The notes under the pieces: model-generated
Database searches by the model: none
What the model saw: the letters and a program-made list of their open reading frames with translations, nothing else
What the model was told of the DNA's origin: nothing
Assembly: GCA_902571865.1 (NCBI GenBank)
Contig: CACGDO010000006.1
Span: 13,069 to 77,068 of the forward strand
Length of the DNA: 64,000 bases
Reading direction: 5' to 3'
Origin: an uncultured Alphaproteobacteria bacterium
Lineage (GTDB): Bacteria > Pseudomonadota > Alphaproteobacteria > HIMB59 > GCA-002718135
Shown here: one piece after another, positions 63,157 to 64,000 of the stretch
How positions within the stretch are numbered: position 1 is the stretch's first letter
Layout of the letters: each line of letters starts with the position of its first letter
Position numbers and translations under genes: made by a program

Positions 63157-63987
63157 TTATATCTTTGAAAAACTAAGGATTCTCTCGATTCCTTGAAGAT
63201 CATTAACTATTTTATTCAAATATAATCCAGAATTTTCAAATATTTGTTCACAATCTTGTCTCTGATTAATACCAATTTCACATATAAAATGAGCACTTTT
63301 ATTCATTAAATTTTTTAAATTATTTGAATATTCTCTATAAAATTTCAACCCATCATCTCCCCCAACTAATGCTAATTTAGGTTCAAAATTTTTAACTTCT
63401 GGATCTGTATTATTAAACTGATCTTCTGTTAAGTATGGTGGATTAGATACAATCAAATCAAACTTGGAATTAATATTTTTAATATCAATCATCTTAAGTT
63501 GAATTTGATTATAACAATTATGTATTTTTAAGTTTTTTTCTGCAACTTCTAATGCCTCTTTAGATATATCTATAGCTGTAATCGATGCATTTTTATATTC
63601 CTTTGCAAGTGATATTGCGATGCAGCCTGAGCCGGTACCAATATCTAATATTTTTAATTTAAGGTTTTTGTTTCTATAAATATTTAATACTTCCTCAATT
63701 ATTAATTCTGTTTCAGGACGAGGATCTAAAACAAAATTATTTACATAAAAATCATTTTTCCAAAAAGGTTTATTATTAATAATTTTAGCTATTGGTTGTC
63801 TATTAATTCTTTTTTCAAGATAAGATCTAAATTTAACAACATCAATATCATCAAGATTTAGGTTACTTAAAATAATTTCATTATTTTTTTTAGAAGCATA
63901 CTTAAGTAATATTCTTAGATCTAGTTCTGGATTACTTAAATTTTTTTGTTTTAATTTAGTTAAACTCTCTTTAATTAAATTATTCAT
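63157..63987 (-). CDS. prmC: peptide chain release factor N5-glutamine methyltransferase
   Basis: SAM motif ILDIGTGSGCIA and the catalytic NPPY (VSNPPYL). Confidence 0.9.
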   Translation of the reverse strand: MNNLIKESLTKLKQKNLSNPELDLRILLKYASKKNNEIILSNLNLDDIDVVKFRSYLEKRINRQPIAKIINNKPFWKNDFYVNNFVLDPRPETELIIEEVLNIYRNKNLKLKILDIGTGSGCIAISLAKEYKNASITAIDISKEALEVAEKNLKIHNCYNQIQLKMIDIKNINSKFDLIVSNPPYLTEDQFNNTDPEVKNFEPKLALVGGDDGLKFYREYSNNLKNLMNKSAHFICEIGINQRQDCEQIFENSGLYLNKIVNDLQGIERILSFSKI

Positions 63988-64000
63988 TTTTCATATTAGC

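Overview
This is a very AT-rich, almost gapless chromosomal segment. Hand counts on single 60-nt lines gave 20% GC in murF and 38-42% GC in the transporter and fba genes. It resembles a streamlined marine alphaproteobacterium (SAR11/Pelagibacterales-like). That assignment is an inference from composition, the many 1-17 nt gene overlaps and the gene content; no database search was possible.

Layout:
- 1-7.7 kb: dcw cell-wall cluster on the minus strand (mraZ-rsmH-ftsL-ftsI-murE-murF-mraY-murD'). RNase P RNA (rnpB) sits directly upstream, and a phased TGGGN repeat array lies in front of mraZ.
- 8.1-15.4 kb: housekeeping genes (ampD-like amidase, bamD, ligA, uvrD, mlaA, mlaC).
- 15.4-43.2 kb: an accessory-looking solute uptake and catabolism block. 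It holds two CUT1-type sugar ABC systems. One is LacI-linked; the other has a fused double permease and no ATPase. It also holds Gfo/Idh/MocA and aldo-keto oxidoreductases, class II FBP aldolase, an MFS transporter and tRNA(CAT). It ends in a regulator-less locus that combines an Opp/Dpp-type ABC importer with a flavin-halogenase-family enzyme, two GH4 glycosidases, a PhyH dioxygenase and a degenerate PanB-like enzyme.
- 43.2-64 kb: housekeeping genes (MBL hydrolase, rpoD, dnaG, yqeY, carAB, greA, ELM1-like, 2OG oxygenase, trxB, rpmJ, ggt, guaC, ispA, tRNA-Val, GNAT, flavin reductase, M23 peptidase, DUF4167, prmC).

I saw no CRISPR array, transposase, integrase or recognisable defence system. 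The best candidate for an undescribed system is the 31.0-43.2 kb locus. Functional calls rest on motif recognition in the supplied translations and on my own reading of the DNA; all of them need HMM/BLAST confirmation.
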